Assembly (NCBI GenBank): GCA_015232565.1
Contig: JADFZK010000007.1
Span: 664 to 64,663 of the forward strand
Direction: 5' to 3'
DNA from: Candidatus Omnitrophota bacterium
GTDB taxonomy: Bacteria; Omnitrophota; Gorgyraeia; Zapsychrales; Fredricksoniimonadaceae
DNA length: 64,000 nt
Shown here: positions 1-8,743 of the stretch, one piece after another
Position numbering within the stretch: position 1 is the first letter of the stretch
Layout: every line of letters begins with the position of its first letter
Translations under genes and position numbers: made by a program
The notes under the pieces: model-generated
The model's database searches: none
The model's input: the letters and a program-made list of their open reading frames with translations, nothing else
Told to the model about the DNA's origin: nothing

Positions 1-305
1 ATAGCGGCGAGGAAATATTTGATTAACCGTGAGGATTCTTCCGGCAGTGAATAACCTTGATCATTACCCGCGCCATCACCTTGGTCGAGAATATAATCAA
101 GCCGAAAAGGATTGTCGGGATAGACCTTAACGCCCTTTAGCAAAGGAGGAGCAAAAGCCGCGCTTAAAGCCACCCTGGAGCCAGGAGCCGACAGCGCAAC
201 GACATTCTGACAATACGAAGAACCAGCCGATCCCAGGGCAAAAACAACCGCCATGAGCCCGGAAAGGACCTTCTTCAAAAGATACCAACGCCCGGCTTTA
301 CTCAT
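1..305 (-). CDS. Partial CDS (5' portion only; runs off window start): secreted protein with signal peptide and a ...LKGVKVYPDNPFRLDYILD...LIKYFLA N-terminal module
   Basis: Hand translation from ATG at 305 (SD-like GAGGGGAG upstream): MSKAGRWYLLKKVLSGLMAVVFALGSAGSSYCQNVVALSAPGSRVALSAAFAPPLLKGVKVYPDNPFRLDYILDQG...LIKYFLAA. No stop before position 1. Absent from the ORF track because it is truncated. Confidence 0.8.
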   Translation of the reverse strand, partial: MSKAGRWYLLKKVLSGLMAVVFALGSAGSSYCQNVVALSAPGSRVALSAAFAPPLLKGVKVYPDNPFRLDYILDQGDGAGNDQGYSLPEESSRLIKYFLAA

Positions 306-390
306 ATACTCCCCTCAAAGGCAATTCAATCCAACAGCCCATGTTGAGAGTATATAATACTATTTACTACATTGCCAATTACTGGCCTGA

Positions 391-1008
391 CTACTGCGCG
401 AAGCCGGTCAGGAACTTCTGGATCTCTGCCTTGGCCTGACCCAGGATGTCGGACTCTTTTTCCGGATAACGGTTTATACCGGCGCCAGTCACCGCTTCAA
501 CCGCGAAGCCCATAAAACTCAGATGCAGTTTGCTTAAAGGCACACTATGGTCCATCCCAGCCAGGTCGCCGGCATAGGCACCACCGCTGGTCGAGATTAT
601 CAAAGCTTTACGGTTTTTCATTAACCCGGCGTAACCACCCTGGGCAAAATCCCAGGTCTTGCCCTTTTGCATAACGGAATCGAACCAGGCTTTTACTATG
701 GCCGGCTGGGAGAAATTGTACATCGGATAAGCCACCACCGCCAGATCAGCCGCCATCAGCTGGGCGGTCATAGCATCCATCTTTTTAAGCTGGGCCAGAT
801 CCTTGCCGGCCAGTTTCTCGCCCATATAATTCCGTCGATAATACGAAGCCAGGCGCTCGGGAGTCAAAAGATCCGGGACCTCTTTGGCCAAATCCAGGAC
901 CTCAACCACAGCCTTCTTTGATTTAAGAAAACCAACAGCATACTCCACCAGCTGTCTGGTACGCGAACGCTCGCCGCGCGGACAATAACTGACTATTAAA
1001 GCTTTCAT
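391..1008 (-). CDS. azoR: FMN-dependent NADH-azoreductase (AcpD/AzoR flavodoxin-like family)
   Basis: Motifs SYCPRGERSRT, YPMYNFSQPAIVKAWFD and ISTSGGAY. Start placed at ATG 1008 (MKALIV) after GGAGG. Confidence 0.85.
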   Translation of the reverse strand: MKALIVSYCPRGERSRTRQLVEYAVGFLKSKKAVVEVLDLAKEVPDLLTPERLASYYRRNYMGEKLAGKDLAQLKKMDAMTAQLMAADLAVVAYPMYNFSQPAIVKAWFDSVMQKGKTWDFAQGGYAGLMKNRKALIISTSGGAYAGDLAGMDHSVPLSKLHLSFMGFAVEAVTGAGINRYPEKESDILGQAKAEIQKFLTGFAQ

Positions 1009-1074
1009 AATAACCTCCGAAGAATTGATTAGCTCCCCACAACCCGTCAATCTGACAAGCCAATAACAAACTCG

Positions 1075-1740
1075 TTAAATTTTAACCGCCTGGATCCGCG
1101 CCCATTCCTCAACTGAATAATCCGGCCGGTCGGCCAGGCCGGAATCCAGGATCTTGCCCTGTAAATTGCCACGTCGCACATGATACGGCTGGCTGGACCC
1201 AAGCAAACTGCCAATATCCACAATGTCGCGATCGTCAACCAGGCCTTTCAGGGCAGTGGTCCGAAACTCGTACTCGACTCCGGCCGCTTTTATAACTGCA
1301 ATCGATGTTTTTATCGCCTCTAAGTCGACCTCAACCCCGCTAGCCTTACAATAATTGGCCAAAGAAGATTTTATATCCATAGCCCAATAATCCACCAACC
1401 GGGCCTCCGCCAGCTTGCGCACCACATCGGGACGAGAACCATTGGTATCCAGTTTCACCAGATAACCCAGGGCCTTGATCCTGGCCAGGAATTCCGGCAG
1501 ATCAGGATGCAAAGTGGGCTCTCCCCCGGTCACCACTATCCCCTGAAGCTGTCCGCGCCGCTTCTCTAAAAAAACGAAGACCTCTTCCACGCCCAGAGGA
1601 GCGTGAAAGAGGTCCGGCAGGACAAGTTCCGGGTTATGGCAGAAAGGACAGCGGAAATTGCACCCCTGGGTGAAAAGTACCGCCGCCAGCCTGCCGGGAT
1701 AATCGATCAATGTGAACTTGAGCAAGCCCCCGAGGAGCAT
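1075..1740 (-). CDS. nrdG: Anaerobic ribonucleoside-triphosphate reductase activating protein (radical SAM)
   Basis: Motifs TLIDYPG, GCNFRCPFCHNP, TGGEPT, KLDTNGS and EFRTT. Overlaps the 3' end of nrdD. Confidence 0.93.
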   Translation of the reverse strand: MLLGGLLKFTLIDYPGRLAAVLFTQGCNFRCPFCHNPELVLPDLFHAPLGVEEVFVFLEKRRGQLQGIVVTGGEPTLHPDLPEFLARIKALGYLVKLDTNGSRPDVVRKLAEARLVDYWAMDIKSSLANYCKASGVEVDLEAIKTSIAVIKAAGVEYEFRTTALKGLVDDRDIVDIGSLLGSSQPYHVRRGNLQGKILDSGLADRPDYSVEEWARIQAVKI

Positions 1741-3836
1741 ACGTTATACGTCTTTCTTTGGAGAAACTCGGCTTTCTTGCCGTTATTCCACTGGCTGACC
1801 GGCCGCAAATAACCCACGATCCTGGAATACACCTCGGTCTCGTTAGCGCAGGTCGGACAGTTCTGATGTTCACCGGCAATATACCCGCAAGCCGGACAAA
1901 CGCTGAACGTAGGCGATATCGTAAAATAAGGCAGTGAATATTTCTCGCACACCGTGCGCACGAAGTTCTTTACCGCGTCGGTATTATCGATACGCTCACC
2001 TACGAAGACATGGATAACCGTACCTCCGGTATACTTTGCCTGCAAGGAATCCTGATGATCAAAGAGCTCAAAAATATCATCCGTATGATGCACCGGCAAA
2101 TGGGTGGAATTGGAATAGAACGGATCCCCGCCCGCGGCTTCCTGCGGGCAATCACGCTTGAGGTCCGGATACATTTCCTTATCCATCCGGGCCAGACGAT
2201 AGGTTACCCCCTCGGCCGGTGTAGCTTCCAGGTTATAATTGCTTCCGGTCTCTTCCTGGAACTTAATGAGCACCTTGCGCATAAAGTCCAAAGTATCTTC
2301 CGCGAACTTCTTGCCTTTAGGCGTGGAAATGTTCTCGCCCAGGAAATTCACACAACATTCATTCATACCCACCAGGCCGATGGTCGAAAAATGGTTCTTC
2401 CAGTACTGGCCGAAACGGGAGCGCATGGTGCGCAGATAAAACTTCATGTACGGATAAAGGTTATCGTCGGTGAACGTTTCAAGGATCTTACGCTTGATCT
2501 CCAGGCTCTCCTTGGCCAGGATCATCTGATGCTCCAGCGAGGCGTAAAAAGTCTCTTCATTCTTGCAAACATAACCCAAACGCGGCATGTTAATGGTAAC
2601 TACACCGATAGACCCGGTTAAAGGCGCCGCGCCGAACAAACCACCGCCACGCGCATTCAGCTGGCGATTGTCTATACGCAGACGACAGCACATACTGCGG
2701 GCATCGTCGGGACTCATGTCGGAGTTGATGTAGTTGGTAAAGTAGGGGATCCCGTATTTACCGGCCATATCCCACAGGGGCTTGAGCTCCGGATTATCCC
2801 AGTCGAAATCCTTGGTGATATTGTACGTCGGGATCGGGAAGGTGAAAACCCGGCCCTTGGCATCGCCCTCGAGCATAACCTCGAGGAAAGCTTTATTGAA
2901 CATATCCATTTCGGTCTGAAATTCGCTATAGGTCTTTTCCTGTACCTCTCCGCCCACGATCACGCCCTTATCCTTGTAATAGGTCGGCACCCGGACGTCC
3001 ATGGTAACATTGGTGAACGGGGTCTGGAAACCCACCCGCGTCGGAACATTAACATTGAACAGGAACTCCTGCAAAGCCTGACGGACCTCTTTATACGAAA
3101 GATTGTCAAAATGGATGAACGGCGCCAGCAAGGTATCGAAATTCGAGAAAGCCTGGGCTCCGGCCGCTTCGCCCTGAAGAGTATAAAAGAAATTAACTAC
3201 CTGGCCCAAAGCCGAACGGAAATGCTTGGCCGGACGGGATTCCGCCTTACCGGAAGCGCCTTGAAAGCCCTGCAGTAAAAGGTCGTACAGGTCCCAACCC
3301 ACGCAATACACGCTAATACTGCCCAGGTCATGAATATGCTGGTCGCCATTGCTGTGCGCGTCACGGATCTCGAGGGGATAAACCTTGTTCAACCAGTAAG
3401 CCTGGGAGATCTCGGAAGAAATATAATGGTTAAGCCCCTGGAGGGAATACGCCATATTGGAATTCTCTTTTACCTTCCAGTCGCGGCGGGCCAGGTATTT
3501 GTCTACCAGGTCCACATTGAACATGGAAGTTATTTCACGCGAACGGGAACGCTGGTCGCGGTAAATAACATAAGCTTTGGCAGTCTGTTTATAGGGAGAA
3601 GTGAGCAGGACTTCTTCTACTATATCCTGGATCCCTTCTACCGTGGGCAGGCGCTTGCTATATACCTGAAGCGCCAGGTTCAACACCCGGATAGTTAACT
3701 TATGCGCCGCATCCTCGCCAAACTCGCCGGTAACCTGCCCCGCTTTAAAAAGGGCCTTGGTTATCTTTTCGGAATCAAAATCAACTTCGGCCCCATTACG
3801 TTTTACGATCTTGGTGAAAATTTCCGTGGTATGCAC
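1707..3836 (-). CDS. nrdD: Class III (anaerobic) ribonucleoside-triphosphate reductase with N-terminal ATP cone
   Basis: ATP-cone KIVKRNG..FDSEKI, plus HIHDL, SMCCRL, NLEATPAE, Zn ribbon CPACG..CPTC and glycyl-radical loop YSRIVGYLRPV. Confidence 0.95.
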   Translation of the reverse strand: MHTTEIFTKIVKRNGAEVDFDSEKITKALFKAGQVTGEFGEDAAHKLTIRVLNLALQVYSKRLPTVEGIQDIVEEVLLTSPYKQTAKAYVIYRDQRSRSREITSMFNVDLVDKYLARRDWKVKENSNMAYSLQGLNHYISSEISQAYWLNKVYPLEIRDAHSNGDQHIHDLGSISVYCVGWDLYDLLLQGFQGASGKAESRPAKHFRSALGQVVNFFYTLQGEAAGAQAFSNFDTLLAPFIHFDNLSYKEVRQALQEFLFNVNVPTRVGFQTPFTNVTMDVRVPTYYKDKGVIVGGEVQEKTYSEFQTEMDMFNKAFLEVMLEGDAKGRVFTFPIPTYNITKDFDWDNPELKPLWDMAGKYGIPYFTNYINSDMSPDDARSMCCRLRIDNRQLNARGGGLFGAAPLTGSIGVVTINMPRLGYVCKNEETFYASLEHQMILAKESLEIKRKILETFTDDNLYPYMKFYLRTMRSRFGQYWKNHFSTIGLVGMNECCVNFLGENISTPKGKKFAEDTLDFMRKVLIKFQEETGSNYNLEATPAEGVTYRLARMDKEMYPDLKRDCPQEAAGGDPFYSNSTHLPVHHTDDIFELFDHQDSLQAKYTGGTVIHVFVGERIDNTDAVKNFVRTVCEKYSLPYFTISPTFSVCPACGYIAGEHQNCPTCANETEVYSRIVGYLRPVSQWNNGKKAEFLQRKTYNVCSSGACSSSH

Positions 3837-3879
3837 TTTTTACCCCCTGTAGATGAAAAAATGATGGATGATGACAGGT

Positions 3880-4683
3880 TTATTCATTATATCTACCATG
3901 ACGCCGGACGGTTGCCGCAGCATCAAATGGTTTATACTCTTTCTTTTCTTCTTCATACACTGAAAGCACTGGCAATCCGGACGCCACAAAGATCCTCTTT
4001 ATAGCTGACATTTCTCCCACGCTCAAAGGCGGTAGCGCACTGGGCCGCAAGGGCGTATTTAAATGCACTTCGTCAGGCGCGATATCACGTGCAATTTGCG
4101 CCATTTGAGTCGCGCTGGACTGGTTGTAACTTACAAACATCATTTGCAAAGCCAGCTTCCCCTTGTAGATCTTGCGGAACGCTTTTATACCCTCAACTAT
4201 TTTTGCCAAAGTGATCCCCGGAGCCGGGCGATTGACCTGCTGAAAAACCGCCTCATCAGCCGCATCAAGTTTAAAAAGCACCAGATCCGCCAAGGCCAGA
4301 TCAGACTGCACATCTTTTTGGGTAATAGTGGCCGAATTAGTGATGACCGCAACTTTGTTAGGCGAAGCTTGGCGGGCCGCTTTAATAAGGTCCGCCAGAT
4401 TGGCAGCCAACGTGGGCTCGCCGTTACCGGAGAATGTAAGGTAATCAATGCGGCAATCCGCCGGTAAGGACAGTATCTCGGCCGTCAGATCGGCCGGCAA
4501 AATAAAATTCCGGCGCTCTATGCCATATTCCTGAGCCGCTCCCAACTGACAATAAGGGCAGGCAAAACTACAATATTTACCACTGTGGGAAAGAGGGTCT
4601 ATTCCCAGCGACATCCCCATCCGCCAGGAATAAACTGGACCGTAAATATGCTTGAAGGTTAAACCAGACATTAACGCGCTCAT
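3880..4683 (-). CDS. Radical SAM Fe-S oxidoreductase (COG0731/TYW1-like family), function unknown
   Basis: Motifs IYGPVYSWRMGMSLGID, CSFACPYCQLG, TFSGNGEPTL, ITNS, KLDA and LNTPLRP. Confidence 0.85.
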   Translation of the reverse strand: MSALMSGLTFKHIYGPVYSWRMGMSLGIDPLSHSGKYCSFACPYCQLGAAQEYGIERRNFILPADLTAEILSLPADCRIDYLTFSGNGEPTLAANLADLIKAARQASPNKVAVITNSATITQKDVQSDLALADLVLFKLDAADEAVFQQVNRPAPGITLAKIVEGIKAFRKIYKGKLALQMMFVSYNQSSATQMAQIARDIAPDEVHLNTPLRPSALPPLSVGEMSAIKRIFVASGLPVLSVYEEEKKEYKPFDAAATVRRHGRYNE

Positions 4684-4739
4684 TAAGAGGAATACAGCTA
4701 TAAATGTTAAAAATTGCCTAAAGGCTCAGCACCAGACTG

Positions 4740-4787
4740 CAACTACATATTGTTGTTAACCAGCAATCACGACACAACATATAGTAC
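4740..4787 (-). promoter_or_regulatory. Tandem NrdR boxes
   Basis: CAACTACATATTGTTG (4740-4755) and ACACAACATATAGTAC (4772-4787) match the NrdR consensus acaCwAtATaTwGtgt. They start 32 bp apart, upstream of an operon containing nrdDG. Confidence 0.8.
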
Positions 4788-4808
4788 CTCTGGCGCCTGG
4801 TTTGTCAA
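4781..4808 (-). promoter_or_regulatory. sigma70-type promoter for the radical SAM-nrdD-nrdG operon
   Basis: Minus strand TTGACA (4808-4803), 16 bp spacer, TACTAT (4786-4781). The -10 overlaps NrdR box 2. Confidence 0.6.
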
Positions 4809-4995
4809 GAATCTTTATAAAGTTTTTTGGATTATTTTTTACTCCCGGTAAGCGCAACACAATGATGATAGTCCACCCACCTGAGGGCTGTCAATCCCTA
4901 TTCGTCCGTCGGAGAAAAGTGTTGCAGGCCCACTTAGACCCAGCCGCGGCGTCGGGAGGTAAAATGGGCAAAGAACTAAGCTACCCAAAATACTT

Positions 4996-7900
4996 TTACG
5001 GCGTTCGCACAGGCCGGGTAGTTGCCGGAGATCGTGTTCCGGGCGTTGAACCAGTTGCCGCCGGTACCGGCACCGAAGCCGTGGCGGGCCGCGTTACCGT
5101 CGGAACCGTTACTGGAGTGGCAACCGCACTCGCTGACGGCGCCGGACTAGCAGTATTGGCCATTACCCTGGTAACCGGCGTTGGCCTGGTTACTGGCGTG
5201 ATCTTCCGCACCGTATCCACTGTGATCGTATCCTCATACACCGTTGAAATGTTTCCGGCGGCATCCTTAAACCGGGCATACACAGTTTTGGAGCCCTCGC
5301 CCTCCGGTAAAGTCCACTGTTTAAATAAAGAAAAATCTTCCCAAGGCGTCGTAAACACCCGTTCATTTGAAAATTGCATTTGCGCGCCCAAACCCATCCC
5401 GCTACCCATGTCGGAAGCCTGGGGATTTAACGCCACATAACGACTGGCGGTTATAGGCGCACCGGTATTGATCGAAATATTTCCTTTAGGAGGCACATTG
5501 TCAAACATGATCGAACAAAAAACCGGCCAGGACCACTTGCCATCCGCCCGCATAAAACGCGCCGCCACGTTCTTTAGACCATTGTCGCCGAGCGTCCAGG
5601 CCTTGCTGTTTTTATAAGGTTCAGCCGGCGACCAAACCGTGCCGTCGGCCGACAATTGCATTTGCGTTATAGCCTGGGAACTGGCCGCCGCCAAGGTAAG
5701 GATCACTTGAGAACTTTTAACATATTGCGCTCCGCTTTCCACACTTAGCGAGCCGATAACCGGATCCATATCGGACATATAGACCTCCCCAACCGGATCC
5801 ACACTCATGCCATCGCCGGAATCTTCCCATACCACCAGGCTCCCGGAAATTGCCGGATTGATCTGCTTGCCGGGAAGCTTCACGATCGCCGACTCCTTAT
5901 CTTTAAGCAGATCGGAAATATAAATATCCCAATCGCCATTGCGCTCATCCTGCCAAACCACCGCGGTCCCGCTCAGAGCCACCTTCTGCATATCCATGGC
6001 CTCATATGATTCCGTGGTCAACGTTTTAGTTTGCCAACCGGAAGCCTTACCTCGCCAGTAAATCTCGGAAGAGTACCCTTTGGTCCACACAGAATTACCG
6101 TCGTCAACAACAATTGAATCAAAAGAATTTAGACCGCCTGCCATCCCGATCGCTGGACTGATCTCGCCATTTACATCAATATTCATACCAAAAGCCAGCA
6201 AAACAAAACCAGCATATGGGGGCGTCCCAACCCACGCAATATCCTCACCGGAGATATCCAAATTAATTATCCACCCTTGGGTATATATATTCTGCTCTCC
6301 ATTGATCTTTTCCAAATCATTCCAATACATTCCACCTTGATCCCAATCAGTATACACAGCCCTGTTACCGTCAATTCGTGGCAAACCGCAATTTATACAA
6401 TTCTGGGACAGCTTGCGTGTTTCTCTTTTAATAATATCGTAAACGAACACACTGCCATTGGAATCATTGCCATCTTGCCATACGATCCTGTCTCCAGAGA
6501 TATCCGGGGCCCCCTGCCATTGCGGCCCGGCGGTAACCTGACGCTCTTCACCGGTATTCAGGTCCAGCATATACACATCAGCATTGTTATTACGGTTATC
6601 CTCCCACACAATACGCCTTCCGGAAACCCGGGGACTATGTTTAACCGACCTGTCCATTGAAACTCGACTGAACAACCGGGAAACAGTAACACTCAAAGTC
6701 TTGGTCTTAACAAAAGACCCCACCGTCATAGTTAACGTTAACTGGATCTTGCGGTCAATCGGGCAATTGGGCGCAATAATAAAAGTCAACAGGGCATTCG
6801 CATTATCAACCAATTTACCCGCCGGAACATAAGGCAACTCGGCACGCGCCACACCCAAAGTGACATACGGATCCGCAGAACTCAGCCCCAGGAGAACATT
6901 GCGTACCTCGCCAGCCGGCGCCTGGAGTTTAACCTTAACGCCCACCAGCTCACCGGGCTGAACACGTCCGTCCATATTACCCGCCAGGTCCGGCATTTCA
7001 TAGCGCGCCAAATATACCGGAGCAATCTTCGCCGGATCAACAGCTTGTGCAGCATTCAAGCGGCCTTTACCAGGCACACTTGCCGGATCAGCGGTATCTT
7101 CAATAATGGCTTTAACCACCTCCGGATAAAGATCCGGATACTTAGCCAGTAGCAAGGCGGCCACCCCGCTCACATGCGGCGCGGCCATCGATGTCCCCTG
7201 ATAAGAAACATACCTCATTGTGCCCGCCTGCAAAGACAAAGTCCCGGTCCCTGGCGCCGAAACAGACACCAGATCGCCGATGTTCGAAAATGAGGCCGTC
7301 TTGTCCATAACATCGCTGGCGGCAACAGTGATAACTTCCGGCATGTTTTGCGGACTATAATCTTTGACATCCTTACCATTATCATTGCCCGCGGCAAGAA
7401 CCACCACGGAACCCAAACCCACCGCGGTGCGGACCGCCGCTTCCACCACCGGGTCGGAAGGGCACGCGCCTACGCACGACCAGCTATTATTGATCACATC
7501 CGCCCCTTGTTCCGCGGCATACACAATTCCCGCCGCCAGGTCGGAGACATAACCGGTGCCATCATCTGCCAGACTCTTCACCGGCATGATCTTCGCCAAA
7601 GGGGCAACTCCAATAACGCCAGTGGCATTATTGCCAACAGCGCAAATAGTCCCGGCCACATGAGTGCCATGCCCATAAATATCTATAGTGTTACTGCTCC
7701 AACCCTCATAGTTCCACCCAAAAACGTCATCTACCAGCCCGTTGCCATCATCATCCTTATTGTTGCCGGGGATCTCGTTGGGATTGCTCCAGACATTAGC
7801 CGAAATATCCGGATGGTTAATATCCACACCCGAATCTACTACCGCTATTACGACACCCTCACCTTTGGTTATATCCCAAGCCAAGGGGGCCGAAATCTTC

Positions 7901-8463
7901 TCCATTCCCCACAAGGAATGATCCTTGAAGAAAGGATCGTCCGGTAACCAGTTAGCCTTAACCCGATAATCCGGCTGAACATATTCCACACTCGAATCCC
8001 GGCGATATTCTTTTACCGCCTCAGCAATGTCGGCCTTTGGATCAAACTCCATAAGATAAACGTTATTCATGGGTTCAAAGCCCGCAGGAATATTTCGGGC
8101 CCGGCGTTTGGGTGAACTGCGGTACTTAAACTTCGCCGGATCTAACTTTGCGGTTACCCTCCGCATCCCTTTAAAGTTGAACTTTTTATGAGCGGGCTCA
8201 AGAGATAATGGCATCTTGAAATTAGACCGCTTAGAAAATGTCCTGGCTACGCCTTTCCTGGCCACTGCACTAGCCGCTGGCGCCACTTCCTGCACCAACC
8301 CTTCCCTGAACTTGATAATTAACCGCCCGGGAGCATACGCAGCCCTAAGCGCCGCTTTCTTTGCCGGCTGAAAGCTGGCCTTTGCCTTGGGCACTGGCAT
8401 TGCCCCGATACTGCCAACCGCGATTGCCAGAACACCCAGGATGATCACAATTTTATTGCGCAT
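4996..8463 (-). CDS. Secreted S8 subtilisin-like serine peptidase with beta-propeller repeats, C-terminal beta-sandwich repeats and Pro/Thr-rich tail (paralogue 1)
   Basis: Signal peptide; prodomain (VEYVQPDY); catalytic VVDSG, HGTHVAG and GTSMAAP; oxyanion AAGN; repeated PxISGxxIVWxDxR..DIY blades; P/T/A-rich C-terminus. Confidence 0.92.
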   Translation of the reverse strand: MRNKIVIILGVLAIAVGSIGAMPVPKAKASFQPAKKAALRAAYAPGRLIIKFREGLVQEVAPAASAVARKGVARTFSKRSNFKMPLSLEPAHKKFNFKGMRRVTAKLDPAKFKYRSSPKRRARNIPAGFEPMNNVYLMEFDPKADIAEAVKEYRRDSSVEYVQPDYRVKANWLPDDPFFKDHSLWGMEKISAPLAWDITKGEGVVIAVVDSGVDINHPDISANVWSNPNEIPGNNKDDDGNGLVDDVFGWNYEGWSSNTIDIYGHGTHVAGTICAVGNNATGVIGVAPLAKIMPVKSLADDGTGYVSDLAAGIVYAAEQGADVINNSWSCVGACPSDPVVEAAVRTAVGLGSVVVLAAGNDNGKDVKDYSPQNMPEVITVAASDVMDKTASFSNIGDLVSVSAPGTGTLSLQAGTMRYVSYQGTSMAAPHVSGVAALLLAKYPDLYPEVVKAIIEDTADPASVPGKGRLNAAQAVDPAKIAPVYLARYEMPDLAGNMDGRVQPGELVGVKVKLQAPAGEVRNVLLGLSSADPYVTLGVARAELPYVPAGKLVDNANALLTFIIAPNCPIDRKIQLTLTMTVGSFVKTKTLSVTVSRLFSRVSMDRSVKHSPRVSGRRIVWEDNRNNNADVYMLDLNTGEERQVTAGPQWQGAPDISGDRIVWQDGNDSNGSVFVYDIIKRETRKLSQNCINCGLPRIDGNRAVYTDWDQGGMYWNDLEKINGEQNIYTQGWIINLDISGEDIAWVGTPPYAGFVLLAFGMNIDVNGEISPAIGMAGGLNSFDSIVVDDGNSVWTKGYSSEIYWRGKASGWQTKTLTTESYEAMDMQKVALSGTAVVWQDERNGDWDIYISDLLKDKESAIVKLPGKQINPAISGSLVVWEDSGDGMSVDPVGEVYMSDMDPVIGSLSVESGAQYVKSSQVILTLAAASSQAITQMQLSADGTVWSPAEPYKNSKAWTLGDNGLKNVAARFMRADGKWSWPVFCSIMFDNVPPKGNISINTGAPITASRYVALNPQASDMGSGMGLGAQMQFSNERVFTTPWEDFSLFKQWTLPEGEGSKTVYARFKDAAGNISTVYEDTITVDTVRKITPVTRPTPVTRVMANTASPAPSASAVATPVTVPTVTRPATASVPVPAATGSTPGTRSPATTRPVRTP

Positions 8464-8504
8464 AAAGCCTCCCCTATGGTTACGCCAGCCAACAATACAT
8501 TAAA

Positions 8505-8517
8505 AGTGTAACACATG
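8505..8517 (-). promoter_or_regulatory. Putative extended -10 element (CATGTGTTACACT), shared with paralogue 3
   Basis: A 12/13 identical motif (CATGTGTTATACT) occurs at 15963-15975. Both lie 42-44 bp upstream of their start codons. Confidence 0.45.
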
Positions 8518-8743
8518 AAAACTCATAAACACAGGCCGCCAGGCGCACTTCGTGAAAACGCTTTCCGGACGACAATATCGACGAGACATAAACCAGGCGC
8601 TTTTATTTATTTTCAAAAAATAAAATAATTCGTACGGGATTTAGGAAATAATCGGCTGGTAACTTCTTTAATATGACGAAGCCTGGGGCTTGTACAAGCG
8701 CCTGGATCGGCTGGCGTTTGGCGTTAATGGTGCGGACTCACTT

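Noticed and set aside
8539-8705. CCAGGCGC direct and inverted copies in the intergenic region between S8 paralogues
   Set aside because: Only 8-10 bp and irregularly spaced; not a CRISPR array or convincing REP/ncRNA.
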